Below are positions 1 through 9,984 of a stretch of 60,684 nucleotides of DNA, piece after piece. Each line of letters begins with the position of its first letter. The first letter of the stretch is position 1. The notes beneath the pieces are model-generated. The model was given only the letters and a program-made list of their open reading frames with translations. It was not told the origin of the DNA and searched no databases. This DNA comes from Deltaproteobacteria bacterium (GTDB taxonomy: Bacteria > Bdellovibrionota_C > UBA2361 > SZUA-149 > JADLFC01). The stretch lies in the NCBI GenBank assembly GCA_020845775.1, contig JADLFC010000121.1, positions 1 through 60,684 on the forward strand, written 5' to 3'. Made by a program: the position numbers and the translations under genes.

Positions 1-1328
1 CCAGCTCTTAGTTTAGACGCAAGCGGTGCCACAGCATTTTTTAGATCGCTTACATACGAAACCCGGGTATGCTTAATCGCGAGCGCTAAATTTTCCCCCG
101 TAACACCTTCGATAGGCTTCTCCCCAGCAGCATAGATATCGCCTACTATGAGTTCATCGGCATCGCCAAACACTTCGACAAACTGGCTAAAGAGATCCTT
201 AGTGCGAGAGTAACGATGGGGTTGGAACAAAACCACAAGACGACCCATAGTAGAAGCGCCTTGCTCAGTAGCCATTCTAGCTAACCAACCCGCCCTAAGA
301 GCAGACAAAGTCGCCTTTATCTCCGTAGGATGATGTGCATAATCGTCTAGCACAGCTACTCCTGCGTTAATGCCAATTAACTCGCTGCGGCGAGCAACTC
401 CGGGAAAGCTCTCCAGTGCAAAACAGATTTTCTCGAAGTCAATTCCAAGTTCTATTCCGACAGCAACGGCCGCAAGCGAATTGCTAACCATATGGGAACC
501 CGGCAGCGGTAGCTTAACTCTACTAACTTGCTTGCCCCCTACTAACAAGTTAAAACTGGTACTCGCTCCTTCCGCTACCAAATCCGTAGCAGTTACATCA
601 CTTCCCGGAGCTAAACCGTATGAGATTACCCGTCGCTTCAATTTGCGCGCTAAATTAGCAACGATTGGGTCGTCAAAACAAGCCACAACCGCTCCATAAA
701 AAGGAACACTTGCCATAAAGTCGCCAAATGCCATCTCCAGTTCCCCAAAGGAACCATAGTGGTTTAAGTGTTCGGCATCAATATTAGTGACGATGCTAAT
801 TGCCGGTCTAAGCAAACCAAAACTTCCATCGCTCTCATCGGCCTCTGCTACCAAATATTCACCTTTGCCCAGTTTAGCGCCACTGCGCTTAGTCAATACG
901 CGACCGCCAATTATAACCGTTGGATCGAAGCCAGCATCGGTTAACATTTTTGCCAGCATAGAAGTAGTAGTCGTCTTGCCATGCGAACCCGCTACGGCAA
1001 GACCGTATTTCATGCGCATTAACTCGGCCAGCATTTCAGCCCTTGGTATTACTGGAATATTATTGTTTCTTGCAAACTCGATCTCGGGATTTTCAGGCGA
1101 TATAGCCGAAGAAACTACCATGACACTAGTATCCGCACGCACGTTCTCGGCAGCATGCCCGACTGCTACCCTAGCTCCTAGCTCTTCCAAATGATCTATT
1201 AAGGAGTTTCTAGCAATATCAGAACCGCTAACGCTGTAATTTAGGTTTAGAAGTATCTCAGCAATGCCAGCCATGCCGACACCACCGATACCTACGAAGT
1301 GAAGATGCTGTCGATGCCTGTTATACAT
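1..1328 (-). CDS. murC: UDP-N-acetylmuramate--L-alanine ligase MurC (partial, C-terminus runs off the window)
   Basis: The minus-strand frame is open from the window edge to the ATG at 1328. Hand translation gives MYNRHRQHLHFVGIGGVGMAGIAEILLNLNYSVSGSD... and the Mur-ligase P-loop AGSHGKTTTTS. The ATG overlaps the murG stop (ATGTATAA). The + strand track ORFs 370..699 and 787..1194 are antisense to it. Confidence 0.9.
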   Translation of the reverse strand, partial: MYNRHRQHLHFVGIGGVGMAGIAEILLNLNYSVSGSDIARNSLIDHLEELGARVAVGHAAENVRADTSVMVVSSAISPENPEIEFARNNNIPVIPRAEMLAELMRMKYGLAVAGSHGKTTTTSMLAKMLTDAGFDPTVIIGGRVLTKRSGAKLGKGEYLVAEADESDGSFGLLRPAISIVTNIDAEHLNHYGSFGELEMAFGDFMASVPFYGAVVACFDDPIVANLARKLKRRVISYGLAPGSDVTATDLVAEGASTSFNLLVGGKQVSRVKLPLPGSHMVSNSLAAVAVGIELGIDFEKICFALESFPGVARRSELIGINAGVAVLDDYAHHPTEIKATLSALRAGWLARMATEQGASTMGRLVVLFQPHRYSRTKDLFSQFVEVFGDADELIVGDIYAAGEKPIEGVTGENLALAIKHTRVSYVSDLKNAVAPLASKLRA

Positions 1329-2457
1329 TGTGTTTTAAACCTAATTCCATAATATCTTCTGCTATACGTTCCGCCGATGTTACTCCTATATCTCCCCGAA
1401 ACTTCTCCATACATCTTGCCATAGTTTCTAGTTTTTCTCTACTAGACAACAACTCGCTTAAGTGTTGTCGAAGCTTCTCGGCACAACACTTATCCTGCTC
1501 GACAATAATGCCACCACCTGCCTCTGCTACTGGCTCCGCATTGAGGCGTTGATGCCCGGAAGCTATTACAAGTGGCACAAATATTACAGGCCTACCCGCA
1601 GCGACGACTTCCGCCACGGACATGGCTCCAGCACGGCAAATTACCAAATGAGCGCGGGCATATGCCTTTGCCATATCGTCGACAAAAGGACTCACGCTAT
1701 ACGCTTTAAAAGCCGTAGCCCGGTAAGCATCCATTACTCTTTGGTAATCCAAAACTCCGCTCTGGTGATGAAGCTCAACACCGCACTCCTGAAAAACGTC
1801 ACAAAGGCCAAGAACTATTGTATTGAGAGTAACCGCACCTTGACTCCCCCCTACCACCAAAATCCTAAATGGCTCGCCGCTTTCAGGGTAATTAAACGGC
1901 GGAATCGAATAAAACTCTTCTCGCACTGGATTCGGCAACAACTTGAGGTTAGATGTCCCGATGAACCCCTTACAGCCTGTGACGCCAAACACTTTAGTAG
2001 CTATAAGGCTTAAAACTTTATTCGCCAAGCCAACGCCCACATTGGATTCATGAATTGCAGTGGGGATCCTCATGAGCCAAGCAACTAATATAGGGACAAA
2101 CGACGGATACCCGCCAAAACCAACTACTACAGACGGACGCTTCTCTCGAAACAATCTCACACAAGCATACATCGCACGCGGCAACGTCAAAGCAAACTTA
2201 AAAGCTCCATAAATTCCACCGCCGTGGACAGCTCGAGCCGGAATAGCTTCGAGGTTAAACGCTACATTGGCAAGTAATTTTTTTTCAAGCTCTGTTCCAG
2301 TTCCAACGAACAACAGATTTCTTACCGCTGCCTTACTGTGAAGTTTTTTGGCAATGATAATGGCCGGAATCAAGTGCCCACCAGTACCACCGGCAACTAA
2401 GGCAATATTAACAGTCGTGTCGAGTTCAGAATTTTCAGGCTTCCTGGTGGCATTCAC
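1321..2457 (-). CDS. murG: Undecaprenyldiphospho-muramoylpentapeptide beta-N-acetylglucosaminyltransferase MurG
   Basis: 378 aa with the N-terminal GGTGGHLIPA motif and GT28 two-domain layout. It sits immediately upstream of murC, the classic dcw order. Confidence 0.9.
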   Translation of the reverse strand: MNATRKPENSELDTTVNIALVAGGTGGHLIPAIIIAKKLHSKAAVRNLLFVGTGTELEKKLLANVAFNLEAIPARAVHGGGIYGAFKFALTLPRAMYACVRLFREKRPSVVVGFGGYPSFVPILVAWLMRIPTAIHESNVGVGLANKVLSLIATKVFGVTGCKGFIGTSNLKLLPNPVREEFYSIPPFNYPESGEPFRILVVGGSQGAVTLNTIVLGLCDVFQECGVELHHQSGVLDYQRVMDAYRATAFKAYSVSPFVDDMAKAYARAHLVICRAGAMSVAEVVAAGRPVIFVPLVIASGHQRLNAEPVAEAGGGIIVEQDKCCAEKLRQHLSELLSSREKLETMARCMEKFRGDIGVTSAERIAEDIMELGLKHNV

Positions 2458-2486
2458 AATAAAATCCCCTTCCCACAGCTAATATT

Positions 2487-3248
2487 TTAAGACGCCTTAA
2501 AAATATTATTCCTAAAAATATCGATTGCTTCCTTCTGAGCGACTACTCTAATTCCTTGCTCTCTTGCCGTCTCCCAATCTGCTGGACCAGCATATCCCCA
2601 ATCCGCTAGAAGCGGAATGAATTCCTTTGAGACAACACTTCGCTGCAAATCGAGTAGGTTGTTTATCGAATCATCGAGAAAATAGTAATACTGGCAGCGA
2701 AACCTCAGGTCGATTGCCTTAAAATTTGCAACCTTGTTTCCTGAACCGTCACCTGAATAAATGTCTCCCGCACTCACTCGCAAGCCAAAATATTCACATA
2801 ATTCCAAAACCGCAGCTCTGTTCTTATTCGTCAGCAACACCAGTGTTTCATCAACCGCATTGCGCAATACATTCCAAATGGGCTGATAAGGAGAATGCAG
2901 CGAAAGCCACTGTTGCCTGTTGCTACTTAGGAAATTTCCACGAGCGGCGAAAAATCTCGCCTTGCGCTCATGCAATCCTTCGACCTCTCGCTCGAACAGA
3001 CCTAAATACTCATCCTCTGTTAGAAGTTTGTCAGGCGAGTGTTTTGCAGTCCCGATGCACCAACTTGCGAAAGTAATGAAATCCCCTGCTGGCCTCACGT
3101 GGAAGCGATTTTTCCGAAAAAGTGAGAGGTAATTAGGAGGAAGCTCAACAAAAGTCTCGGCAGTCTTTCCCGTGAATGCATTGTAAGCAGTGATGGCTAC
3201 CTCATCGAGCGAATCGATCAATACGCCATCAAAATCAAAAATGATCAC
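2487..3248 (-). CDS. HAD-superfamily hydrolase
   Basis: The N-terminus MIIFDFDGVLIDS is HAD motif I (DxDG). A C-terminal DDS-type motif is present. 253 aa. Confidence 0.7.
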   Translation of the reverse strand: MIIFDFDGVLIDSLDEVAITAYNAFTGKTAETFVELPPNYLSLFRKNRFHVRPAGDFITFASWCIGTAKHSPDKLLTEDEYLGLFEREVEGLHERKARFFAARGNFLSSNRQQWLSLHSPYQPIWNVLRNAVDETLVLLTNKNRAAVLELCEYFGLRVSAGDIYSGDGSGNKVANFKAIDLRFRCQYYYFLDDSINNLLDLQRSVVSKEFIPLLADWGYAGPADWETAREQGIRVVAQKEAIDIFRNNIFKAS

Positions 3249-3309
3249 ACTTGCTCTGATCTAACATTAAAGGACATATCTGGCATGTCAAAAAAGCGCC
3301 AACAAAAAA

Positions 3310-3383
3310 TGGCCCCACCAGGACTTGAACCTGGGACCCACCGGTTATGAGCCGGTTGCTCTAACCAACTGAGCTATAGGGCC
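3310..3383 (-). tRNA. tRNA with CAT anticodon (elongator Met, or Ile2 if lysidine-modified)
   Basis: The reverse complement folds as a full cloverleaf: acceptor GGCCCTA/TGGGGCC, D stem GCTC/GAGC, anticodon stem ACCGG/CCGGT with loop CTCATAA, T stem CCAGG/CCTGG with TTCAAGT loop. No encoded CCA. It lacks initiator features (no 1:72 mismatch, no GGG/CCC anticodon stem). Confidence 0.85.
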
Positions 3384-3442
3384 ACATCGACAAAAAAGAC
3401 GCGCCTCGGAAAAAACTGGTTTCCAGACAGACTCTTTGTACT

Positions 3443-3568
3443 TATACCGTTTCCAAAAAGTAAGTTAAATATTTTACTTTTTGGAAACGGTATTTGTTGT
3501 TTATTGGCAAGTGCTTACGCACTTGCTCTTTACACCATTTACAAATATCCTTTTTGTAAATGGTGTAA
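3443..3568 (+). repeat. Triple-palindrome intergenic repeat, copy 1
   Basis: tataccgtttccaaaaagtaa-loop-ttactttttggaaacggtat, then gcaagtgc-ttac-gcacttgc, then tacaccatttacaaa-loop-tttgtaaatggtgta. It lies between the rpoD stop and the tRNA. It is the most divergent copy, about 5-6 differences from the others. Confidence 0.9.
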
Positions 3569-3661
3569 AACACTTAGTAGAAGCATAAATTCGACAACAA
3601 ATCAATTGCCGCGGTAAAAAATCTTTACCTCCTCCAGCTGGCGTGCAAAAAAAACGCGCAC

Positions 3662-5536
3662 CTAAACTCGCTCCATAAAAGTTTTAAGTTTTTTCGATCT
3701 ACTGGGATGTCGCAATTTTCTAAGGGCTTTGGCCTCAATCTGACGGATTCTCTCTCTTGTCACATCGAAGTTTTGGCCAACCTCCTCTAAAGTATGGTCG
3801 CTACGCTCTCCAATGCCAAACCGCATCCGCAGTACCTTCTCCTCTCTTGGAGTTAACGTCGCCAGCACACGTCTAGTTTGCTCCTGCAGATTTAAATTAA
3901 CCACAGCATCCGAGGGTGAAACAATTCTCTTGTCCTCTATAAAATCTCCCAAATGACTATCGGCATCTTCTCCTATGGGTGTCTCCAGTGAGATAGGTTC
4001 TTTTGCAATCTTTAAAACCTTTCGCACCTTATCTACCGATATATCCATCTTCTGAGCGATTTCTTCGGGTGTAGGCTCTCGACCATATTCTTGCACGAGA
4101 TAGCGGGACGTGCGAACAAGCTTATTGATAGTCTCTATCATATGCACTGGTATGCGAATAGTTCGCGCCTGATCCGCGATTGCGCGCGTGATAGCTTGCC
4201 GAATCCACCAAGTAGCATAAGTGGAGAACTTATAACCCCGCTGATACTCAAACTTATCAACAGCTTTCATAAGGCCAATATTGCCTTCTTGAATGAGGTC
4301 TAAAAACTGCAGCCCTCGATTTGTGTATTTCTTAGCTAAAGACACAACGAGCCTCAGATTGGCCTCAACCAGCTCTTTCTTAGCGTTATAAACTTTTTGC
4401 TCGGCCTTAAAAATGGTCTCAACGCTGTGTTTGAGTTCCTTAAAAGCAAGCGATGTCTCAGTCTCGATACTGCTCATCACCTTCCTTGCGTCGGCTATCT
4501 CTAGAAGCAAATCCCTAGCCTCAGTGGCCTTCAACTTCAATCGCTTACAAACTCGCTTGAAAGCAAGCTGATCTCCATCGGCAATCTCATCCACCGCCTC
4601 ACATAACTCTTCCGCCGTTCGCCCCGTCAGCTTTGCCGCTTTTGCCAATACTTTATCGGCAAGCCTAAGCTTGTCGACATACGCCGACATTTTAGCAACA
4701 ATTGCTTCTCCCTGTTTAGTCGAAAGCTGCAAATCTGCAATTTTTAGCGCCGTGCGATCCCGCGCTTTCTGATACTTCTTATCGGCTTCTTTATATGCTT
4801 TAGAACCTGCCTCTAACTTCCTGATATGGGCAAACACTTCTTCAACTTGTCGAAGTGATTTTTTAATGTCGGCCGCCTTCTTAAAAAACTTCTTCTGTAA
4901 TTCCTCCTCCTCAAGTTGGGCCGCACTTTCCTTGCCCTCTGCCGGGCCCGGCTCGCCTTCCAACTCACTTACTTCGTCCTCTTCCTCCGACTCCTCGTCG
5001 ACTTCGGCAGTCTCCTCCTCTCCAAACAGATCCTTAACTCTAATAGCACCAGCCTTCACGGCCTCCTGTAGCTCCAAGACGTATATTGCTGCCACAGGTG
5101 AACGATAGAGTTCTGACTCAATTTCCTTGAGTCCTTCCTCGATTCGCTTCGCTATGATGACCTCGCCCTCACGTGTAAGCAGACTAACGCCGCCCATCTC
5201 GCGCAGGTACATTCTCACCGGATCGCCAGCCTTCCCAGCTGCATGCGTTGCAAAACCAGCTCCCAACAAATCTGAAGAGTCCGCACCTGCAAGACCAATG
5301 TCGCCACCTGTCAAAGCATCTTCGCCATCCGACTCCTCAACTTCGAGCTCTTCATCCTCACTCTCCCCTAGGATTGACAACAAATCATCAACAGGCTCTT
5401 CGCCCAGATCAACATCTGCTATTGCATCGTTTATTTCTTCAATGTTGTTAATGCCACTAGCTCTATTATCAACACCACCACCTTTCGGCGATTTCGACCG
5501 TCCCTTGCCCTTCTGTCCTACAGACTCTCTAACCAT
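3662..5536 (-). CDS. rpoD: RNA polymerase primary sigma factor RpoD (sigma-70)
   Basis: 624 aa with an acidic region 1. Regions 2-4 carry hallmark strings [53 protein letters not shown] and [30 protein letters not shown]. Confidence 0.96.
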   Translation of the reverse strand: MVRESVGQKGKGRSKSPKGGGVDNRASGINNIEEINDAIADVDLGEEPVDDLLSILGESEDEELEVEESDGEDALTGGDIGLAGADSSDLLGAGFATHAAGKAGDPVRMYLREMGGVSLLTREGEVIIAKRIEEGLKEIESELYRSPVAAIYVLELQEAVKAGAIRVKDLFGEEETAEVDEESEEEDEVSELEGEPGPAEGKESAAQLEEEELQKKFFKKAADIKKSLRQVEEVFAHIRKLEAGSKAYKEADKKYQKARDRTALKIADLQLSTKQGEAIVAKMSAYVDKLRLADKVLAKAAKLTGRTAEELCEAVDEIADGDQLAFKRVCKRLKLKATEARDLLLEIADARKVMSSIETETSLAFKELKHSVETIFKAEQKVYNAKKELVEANLRLVVSLAKKYTNRGLQFLDLIQEGNIGLMKAVDKFEYQRGYKFSTYATWWIRQAITRAIADQARTIRIPVHMIETINKLVRTSRYLVQEYGREPTPEEIAQKMDISVDKVRKVLKIAKEPISLETPIGEDADSHLGDFIEDKRIVSPSDAVVNLNLQEQTRRVLATLTPREEKVLRMRFGIGERSDHTLEEVGQNFDVTRERIRQIEAKALRKLRHPSRSKKLKTFMERV

Positions 5537-5808
5537 AACTAGCTACGTTGCCCCCAAACTCTAGGCGATAAAAACCTAGAAAAGTTCAAACAAAAATTAA
5601 AATTGCAATAACGGGAGAATGTAAATGCCTTAAATGTAATCACTTCAATAAAGAATAGTATATTAATTCTCCACGACAAGATTTAACAGTGAGTTTAAAG
5701 GCATAAATGATTTTTCACTACATAACACAGTAAAAAAACCAGTATCATCCCAAAAACTAATACATATGGCAATCATGTAAGATACATTATTACCTACTCC
5801 CAAGAAAA

Positions 5809-7827
5809 TTATTGTTTTTTGGCGCTCCTTAGCCGATCCAAATCGCGCCTTTTCTGAAGTTTCTTCTGTACTAACTCAGCATGCACCGCCAAATTCGGCG
5901 CTACCAGCTCCGCCGAACGAATTCCATCGACCTCGGCCTTTAACTCGTGGCGGTGAACTGACAGTCTTAATTCCTCTATAACCTTATCAGGATTAGCTCC
6001 TCCCCTTAACGCCTTCTGTTTAGCTTCCTCAAGTAATCCAAAATCGGCTAGCGAATACTTTGCTAATGCTTGGCCCAAAGTTTCCTCGATATTTTCGACA
6101 TCGCTACCACTAGCTTGGCATTCGCCAATAAGCCCGCTAATGCGCGCCTCGGCATAGAGAATCGCCACATCCCCAATAAAATCTACTACGCTTTGTGGCA
6201 TGACTGACAATATATTCTTACCTTCTAGGGACTCTCGTGTATCGATAACTATCTGCGCCAAGGCTGGATTCAACAACACCGCTACTACAGCCTGCCTACA
6301 ATATGAAGATAACTCCTTAGAAACCAAATTCTCAGTTTCCTTAGAATCCGTCTTCTCAACAACAACATTTTCGCTTTTCCCAGCTTGCCAATTTCTTCTA
6401 TTTCGCAGACGAGATTCTTGTTTCTCAGCACATTCTGCTACTAGCATCCCTAGCGAACTCCTACTAACTCCGAACAAATTGCTAGCTTCTACCAAAAGCG
6501 TTTCTCGTTCTACTGCATTCTCGACTTGCGACACTAAAGTTGCGAATTGCTCCGCTGCTTTACCTCTTACCGCTGCACTTGAGGTATTGGGTCCACTAAT
6601 TGCACTTTCAAGCAGTTGCGCAATATATGCGCTTAAAGCAGAGCGCCTCCTAGCTTTAAAAATCTCCTCAATTTCCGCCTTTTTCCCCTCCCTTAAGGCC
6701 AAAGTATCGGGATCGTCTCCCTTATCTAACATTACCACACCTACATCTACTCCCGTGTTCAGAAAAACCTCAAACACGCGTGCTGCAGCTCGCACACCAG
6801 CGGTATCGCCATCAAAGACAACCGTAATGCTCTCGACAAATCTCTTTAGCAGTTTCGCATGCCAGGGAGTAATAGCAGTGCCACAGGTAGCAACTGTTTC
6901 TACAAATCCAACCTGCGCCATCGACATGACATCGAAATAACCCTCCACCACAAAGCCATGTCTAGTTTTTCGCATGGATTCGACAGCCTGAGGCAGCCCA
7001 AAAAAACTCGCCCGTTTTGCATATATCCTGCTTTCTGGGGAGTTAATGTATTTGGCAACATCCTTGTTACCATCTATAACGCGCCCACCGAAGGCAATAA
7101 CACTTCCATCGCTCTTCGCTATAGGAAAGATTACGCGCCCTCGGAAGCTGTCATAAAAGTCGTCTCCCTTATTCGCCAAAACCTCACTATTGGCCGAATC
7201 CTCGTGTCGAATATCAGACGAAGCTACTTTTTCCCTTTTTTTCTCTCGAATAAGACCAAGCTCGAGCAAGGCTTTGGTTACAGCTGCTCTTTTAACCGAA
7301 TCCTCGCCATAGCTCTTAAAAATTTGAGGCTGAATAAATTGCCACTTAAGTGGTGCGTACCCAACGGAGTACTTTTCAAGAATCGCCGGCTCCGTGCCCC
7401 TCTCTGCCAAATAATCCCGAGCACGCTTGGCTTCCACATCTAGCCTAAGCACGTTGCAAAAAATATCCCGAGCAGTTAGGGCCAGCGATTTTAGCAGTTT
7501 GTCCTTATCTAAAGAACCCGCGCCTTTTTGTTTCCAACCGCTTTCTGGAATTTCAATCCCAACTTTAGCTGCTAAGTGTCTCAATGCTTCTGCAAAGCTA
7601 AAACCTTTGGTTTCCATTAGAAAGTCAAAAACCGAGCCACGTTTTCCACATCCAAAGCAACAAAACGTACCATCTTCCTCTCGCACAAAAAAAGACGGCG
7701 TTTTTTCGGCATGAAATGGGCACAACCCCACCATGCGGCGCCCTGAACGCTTCAGGCTAACGACCTCAGAGATAACTTCTGAAATGCTGACCCTACTGCG
7801 AACCGCTTCGACAATCTCTGCTGACAT
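5809..7827 (-). CDS. dnaG: DNA primase DnaG
   Basis: 672 aa. CHC2 zinc finger CPFHAEKTPSFFV...CFGCG and a TOPRIM segment (VVEGYFDVMS ... VFDGDTAG). It is upstream of rpoD, as in the macromolecular-synthesis operon. Confidence 0.93.
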   Translation of the reverse strand: MSAEIVEAVRSRVSISEVISEVVSLKRSGRRMVGLCPFHAEKTPSFFVREEDGTFCCFGCGKRGSVFDFLMETKGFSFAEALRHLAAKVGIEIPESGWKQKGAGSLDKDKLLKSLALTARDIFCNVLRLDVEAKRARDYLAERGTEPAILEKYSVGYAPLKWQFIQPQIFKSYGEDSVKRAAVTKALLELGLIREKKREKVASSDIRHEDSANSEVLANKGDDFYDSFRGRVIFPIAKSDGSVIAFGGRVIDGNKDVAKYINSPESRIYAKRASFFGLPQAVESMRKTRHGFVVEGYFDVMSMAQVGFVETVATCGTAITPWHAKLLKRFVESITVVFDGDTAGVRAAARVFEVFLNTGVDVGVVMLDKGDDPDTLALREGKKAEIEEIFKARRRSALSAYIAQLLESAISGPNTSSAAVRGKAAEQFATLVSQVENAVERETLLVEASNLFGVSRSSLGMLVAECAEKQESRLRNRRNWQAGKSENVVVEKTDSKETENLVSKELSSYCRQAVVAVLLNPALAQIVIDTRESLEGKNILSVMPQSVVDFIGDVAILYAEARISGLIGECQASGSDVENIEETLGQALAKYSLADFGLLEEAKQKALRGGANPDKVIEELRLSVHRHELKAEVDGIRSAELVAPNLAVHAELVQKKLQKRRDLDRLRSAKKQ

Positions 7828-7846
7828 AATATAAAACTGCCTAGCC

Positions 7847-8620
7847 CTAGTCGTAATCTACCAATGGCACGGCAAAAACTACGCCCAAGTCTTTTGAGCC
7901 AGTCAGGTGAAGAAGAACTTCTCCCCTGTCCGGCATGTTAAGACTAAGAGCGGCGATTTTTACTCCCTGTGCATCATTTACAGAAACCTCTGACATTCCG
8001 CTAGCCAGGGCCGTTATCGGCAGAAACTCGCCAAATTTTACAGACCCTAGCAAACTACTACCAGCTGTAACATTAATAGAAGCAGTGCCTATGTAACTGT
8101 TAAACAAGCTAAGAAAAGCCGTTCCCTCTTCGGGCCGCTGAACTACGTCTTCCCTAATGCCGACATTAACCCCTTTTCCGCGCACCTCGCCATAGACCAA
8201 GGCGGTATATTCAACACCCTTGGCAAGGTTTGTTCTAAATTCGTATCGCCCAACGCCTGGCGAATTCGCGCGTTCCAAGCTAATAAGCACTTGATCCGCT
8301 GCATCTACTGGAACATAGCGAGTAGATTCAGCGTAGCGCGCAGTTTGGACGTAGCGAGTCTTATCGCCTTCTCCATAATAAAGAGCCATAGGCGTAACAT
8401 CAATGCCGCCATGCACTATCCTAATAGCTGTTTCGTTGCTTCTCTGCGATGAACCGCCACCGCCACCACTATTTCCGCCACCACCACAGGCGCCTACAAA
8501 CAACAACGCACTAAGCAAAACAAACCAAACGGTAGCTTGCTGGCAACAAAATTGACGAACCACGATGTTATATACTAGAGTATAGGACTTGGTAATTATC
8601 ATTGCATATTTCTCATACAA
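7847..8620 (-). CDS. Lipoprotein, possibly DUF4397-like
   Basis: Signal peptide plus lipobox LLFVGAC, followed by a Gly/Ser linker CGGGGNSGGGGGS. The beta-rich body (IRIVHGGIDVTPMALYYGEG...) is reminiscent of DUF4397. The track start is TTG at 8620; ATG at 8602 is an alternative. Confidence 0.6.
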   Translation of the reverse strand: MYEKYAMIITKSYTLVYNIVVRQFCCQQATVWFVLLSALLFVGACGGGGNSGGGGGSSQRSNETAIRIVHGGIDVTPMALYYGEGDKTRYVQTARYAESTRYVPVDAADQVLISLERANSPGVGRYEFRTNLAKGVEYTALVYGEVRGKGVNVGIREDVVQRPEEGTAFLSLFNSYIGTASINVTAGSSLLGSVKFGEFLPITALASGMSEVSVNDAQGVKIAALSLNMPDRGEVLLHLTGSKDLGVVFAVPLVDYD

Positions 8621-8755
8621 GAGATGTGTTTTGCGAAGGACGCCAATCGCTATTATTTTAGCCTTTTACTGTGCTCCCGCTTATGACAGTTTCTTTACTA
8701 ACGCACTCTTTATTACTACAAGGGCTCGCAAGTGGAGCGTAATTTATTATACTTT

Positions 8756-8880
8756 TATACCATTTACAAAAAGGATTTTTGTAAATGGTATAAACAGCAA
8801 GTGCGCAAGCACTTGCCAATAAACAACAAATACCGTTTCCAAAAAGTAAAATATTTAACTTACTTTTTGGAAACGGTATA
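8756..8880 (-). repeat. Triple-palindrome intergenic repeat, copy 2 (inverted orientation)
   Basis: Its reverse complement is identical to copy 3 except for 1 nt at the left terminus. It sits in the divergent region between the lipoprotein gene (-) and lpxD (+). Confidence 0.92.
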
Positions 8881-8910
8881 GCAACACATAAAGATGCAGA
8901 CTTAATATTC

Positions 8911-9984
8911 ATGCTAGAAAATAAAGCAGAAAATAAAAATATTAAAGCAATTTCACTTAGCGATATCGCCGAACGACTTGGTGCAAAGATTCACGGCGAT
9001 GCCTCTATTGAGATTTCGGGAATAAGACCTCTTGAATCTGCCACTGCTAGGGATTTATCTTTCCTTGGAACTAGCAAGAGCTCCAAGAAAAATTTCCTCC
9101 ACCTAGCTAAACACTCACAAGCAGGTGCACTTCTTATACAAGAATATGACCCGAGCCTAGAGATGGCTCAAATCGTTACTCCCGAACCCTTAAAGGCCAT
9201 CATCTCACTAACGCCGCTCTTTGAGAAATATTGCGAAATCGTTCCAGGAATCCACCCAAACGCTTGTATTGACGAAACTGCCAGTGTCGGCAATGGCGTC
9301 TACATAGGCCCTTTTGCGGTAATAGGAGCAAATTGCGTTATCGGCGATGGTTCTATCATTCACCCGCACGTTGTGATTTATCCAGGAGCCACAATTGGAG
9401 CTGGCTGCACGATTCACTCGGGCGCAATCATCCGTGAAGGTGTAACTCTTGGCAATAATTGCCTTATTCAGAATGGCGCAGTCATTGGAAGCGATGGTTT
9501 TGGCTATATACCTGACAAACAACTTGGGCATCGCCGCATACCGCATATAGGCACCGCTGTGCTAGAAGACGACGTAGACATAGGTGCTAACGCGACTATA
9601 GATAGGGCGACTCTTGGCGAATCGCGCATAGGCGCGTGCACTAAGCTAGATAACTTAGTCATGCTCGGACATAACGTCAAAGTGGGCAAGCGAACTCTCA
9701 TGTGTTCAATGGTGGGCGTATCGGGAAGCTGCACCATCGGCGATGACGTAATTCTTGCAGGCCAGGTCGGCGTTGCCGATCACGTCACTATAGGCAACAA
9801 GGTAAGGGCAGCAGGCCAAACGGGAATTTTTAGCGATATAGAAGACGACAGAGTTATCGGCGGCACTCCACCAATGGATACTGTACGCTGGCACAAAACG
9901 AGTTCCTTGCTAAAAAAACTTCCCGATTTATTCACGCGCCTAAAAAAGCTAGAAAAACACTTAGGACTGGAAAAAAATGAATAG
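8911..9984 (+). CDS. lpxD: UDP-3-O-acylglucosamine N-acyltransferase LpxD
   Basis: 357 aa. N-terminal LpxD domain (LSDIAERLGAKIHGD) followed by a long left-handed beta-helix of hexapeptide repeats (IGDGSIIHPHVVIYPGATIGAGCTIHSGAIIREGVTLGNNCLIQNGAVIGSDGFG). Confidence 0.9.
   Translation: MLENKAENKNIKAISLSDIAERLGAKIHGDASIEISGIRPLESATARDLSFLGTSKSSKKNFLHLAKHSQAGALLIQEYDPSLEMAQIVTPEPLKAIISLTPLFEKYCEIVPGIHPNACIDETASVGNGVYIGPFAVIGANCVIGDGSIIHPHVVIYPGATIGAGCTIHSGAIIREGVTLGNNCLIQNGAVIGSDGFGYIPDKQLGHRRIPHIGTAVLEDDVDIGANATIDRATLGESRIGACTKLDNLVMLGHNVKVGKRTLMCSMVGVSGSCTIGDDVILAGQVGVADHVTIGNKVRAAGQTGIFSDIEDDRVIGGTPPMDTVRWHKTSSLLKKLPDLFTRLKKLEKHLGLEKNE

Noticed and set aside
370-1194. Track ORFs 370..699 (+) and 787..1194 (+) as genes
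   Set aside because: They are antisense to a continuous minus-strand frame that translates into a clear MurC (GIGGVGMAGIA, GSHGKTTT). Their own translations are low-complexity with no motifs.
4866-5564. Ser-rich + strand ORFs (4866..5108, 5127..5564, 5248..5451) inside rpoD
   Set aside because: They are antisense to the acidic (Glu/Asp-rich) region 1 of an unambiguous RpoD. GAA/GAG-rich sense codons generate open Ser/Leu-rich antisense frames.
8658-8912. ORFs running through the repeat copies (8658..8912 -, 22424..22615 -, 51960..52145 -) as a small conserved protein family (…FPKSKLNILLFGNGICCLLASA… / …YKKDFCKWYKQQVRKHLPINNKY…)
   Set aside because: The shared peptide is just the repeat read in an open frame, and both strands are open. 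Variation between copies is compensatory for base pairing rather than synonymous. The ORFs begin and end at arbitrary flanking positions.
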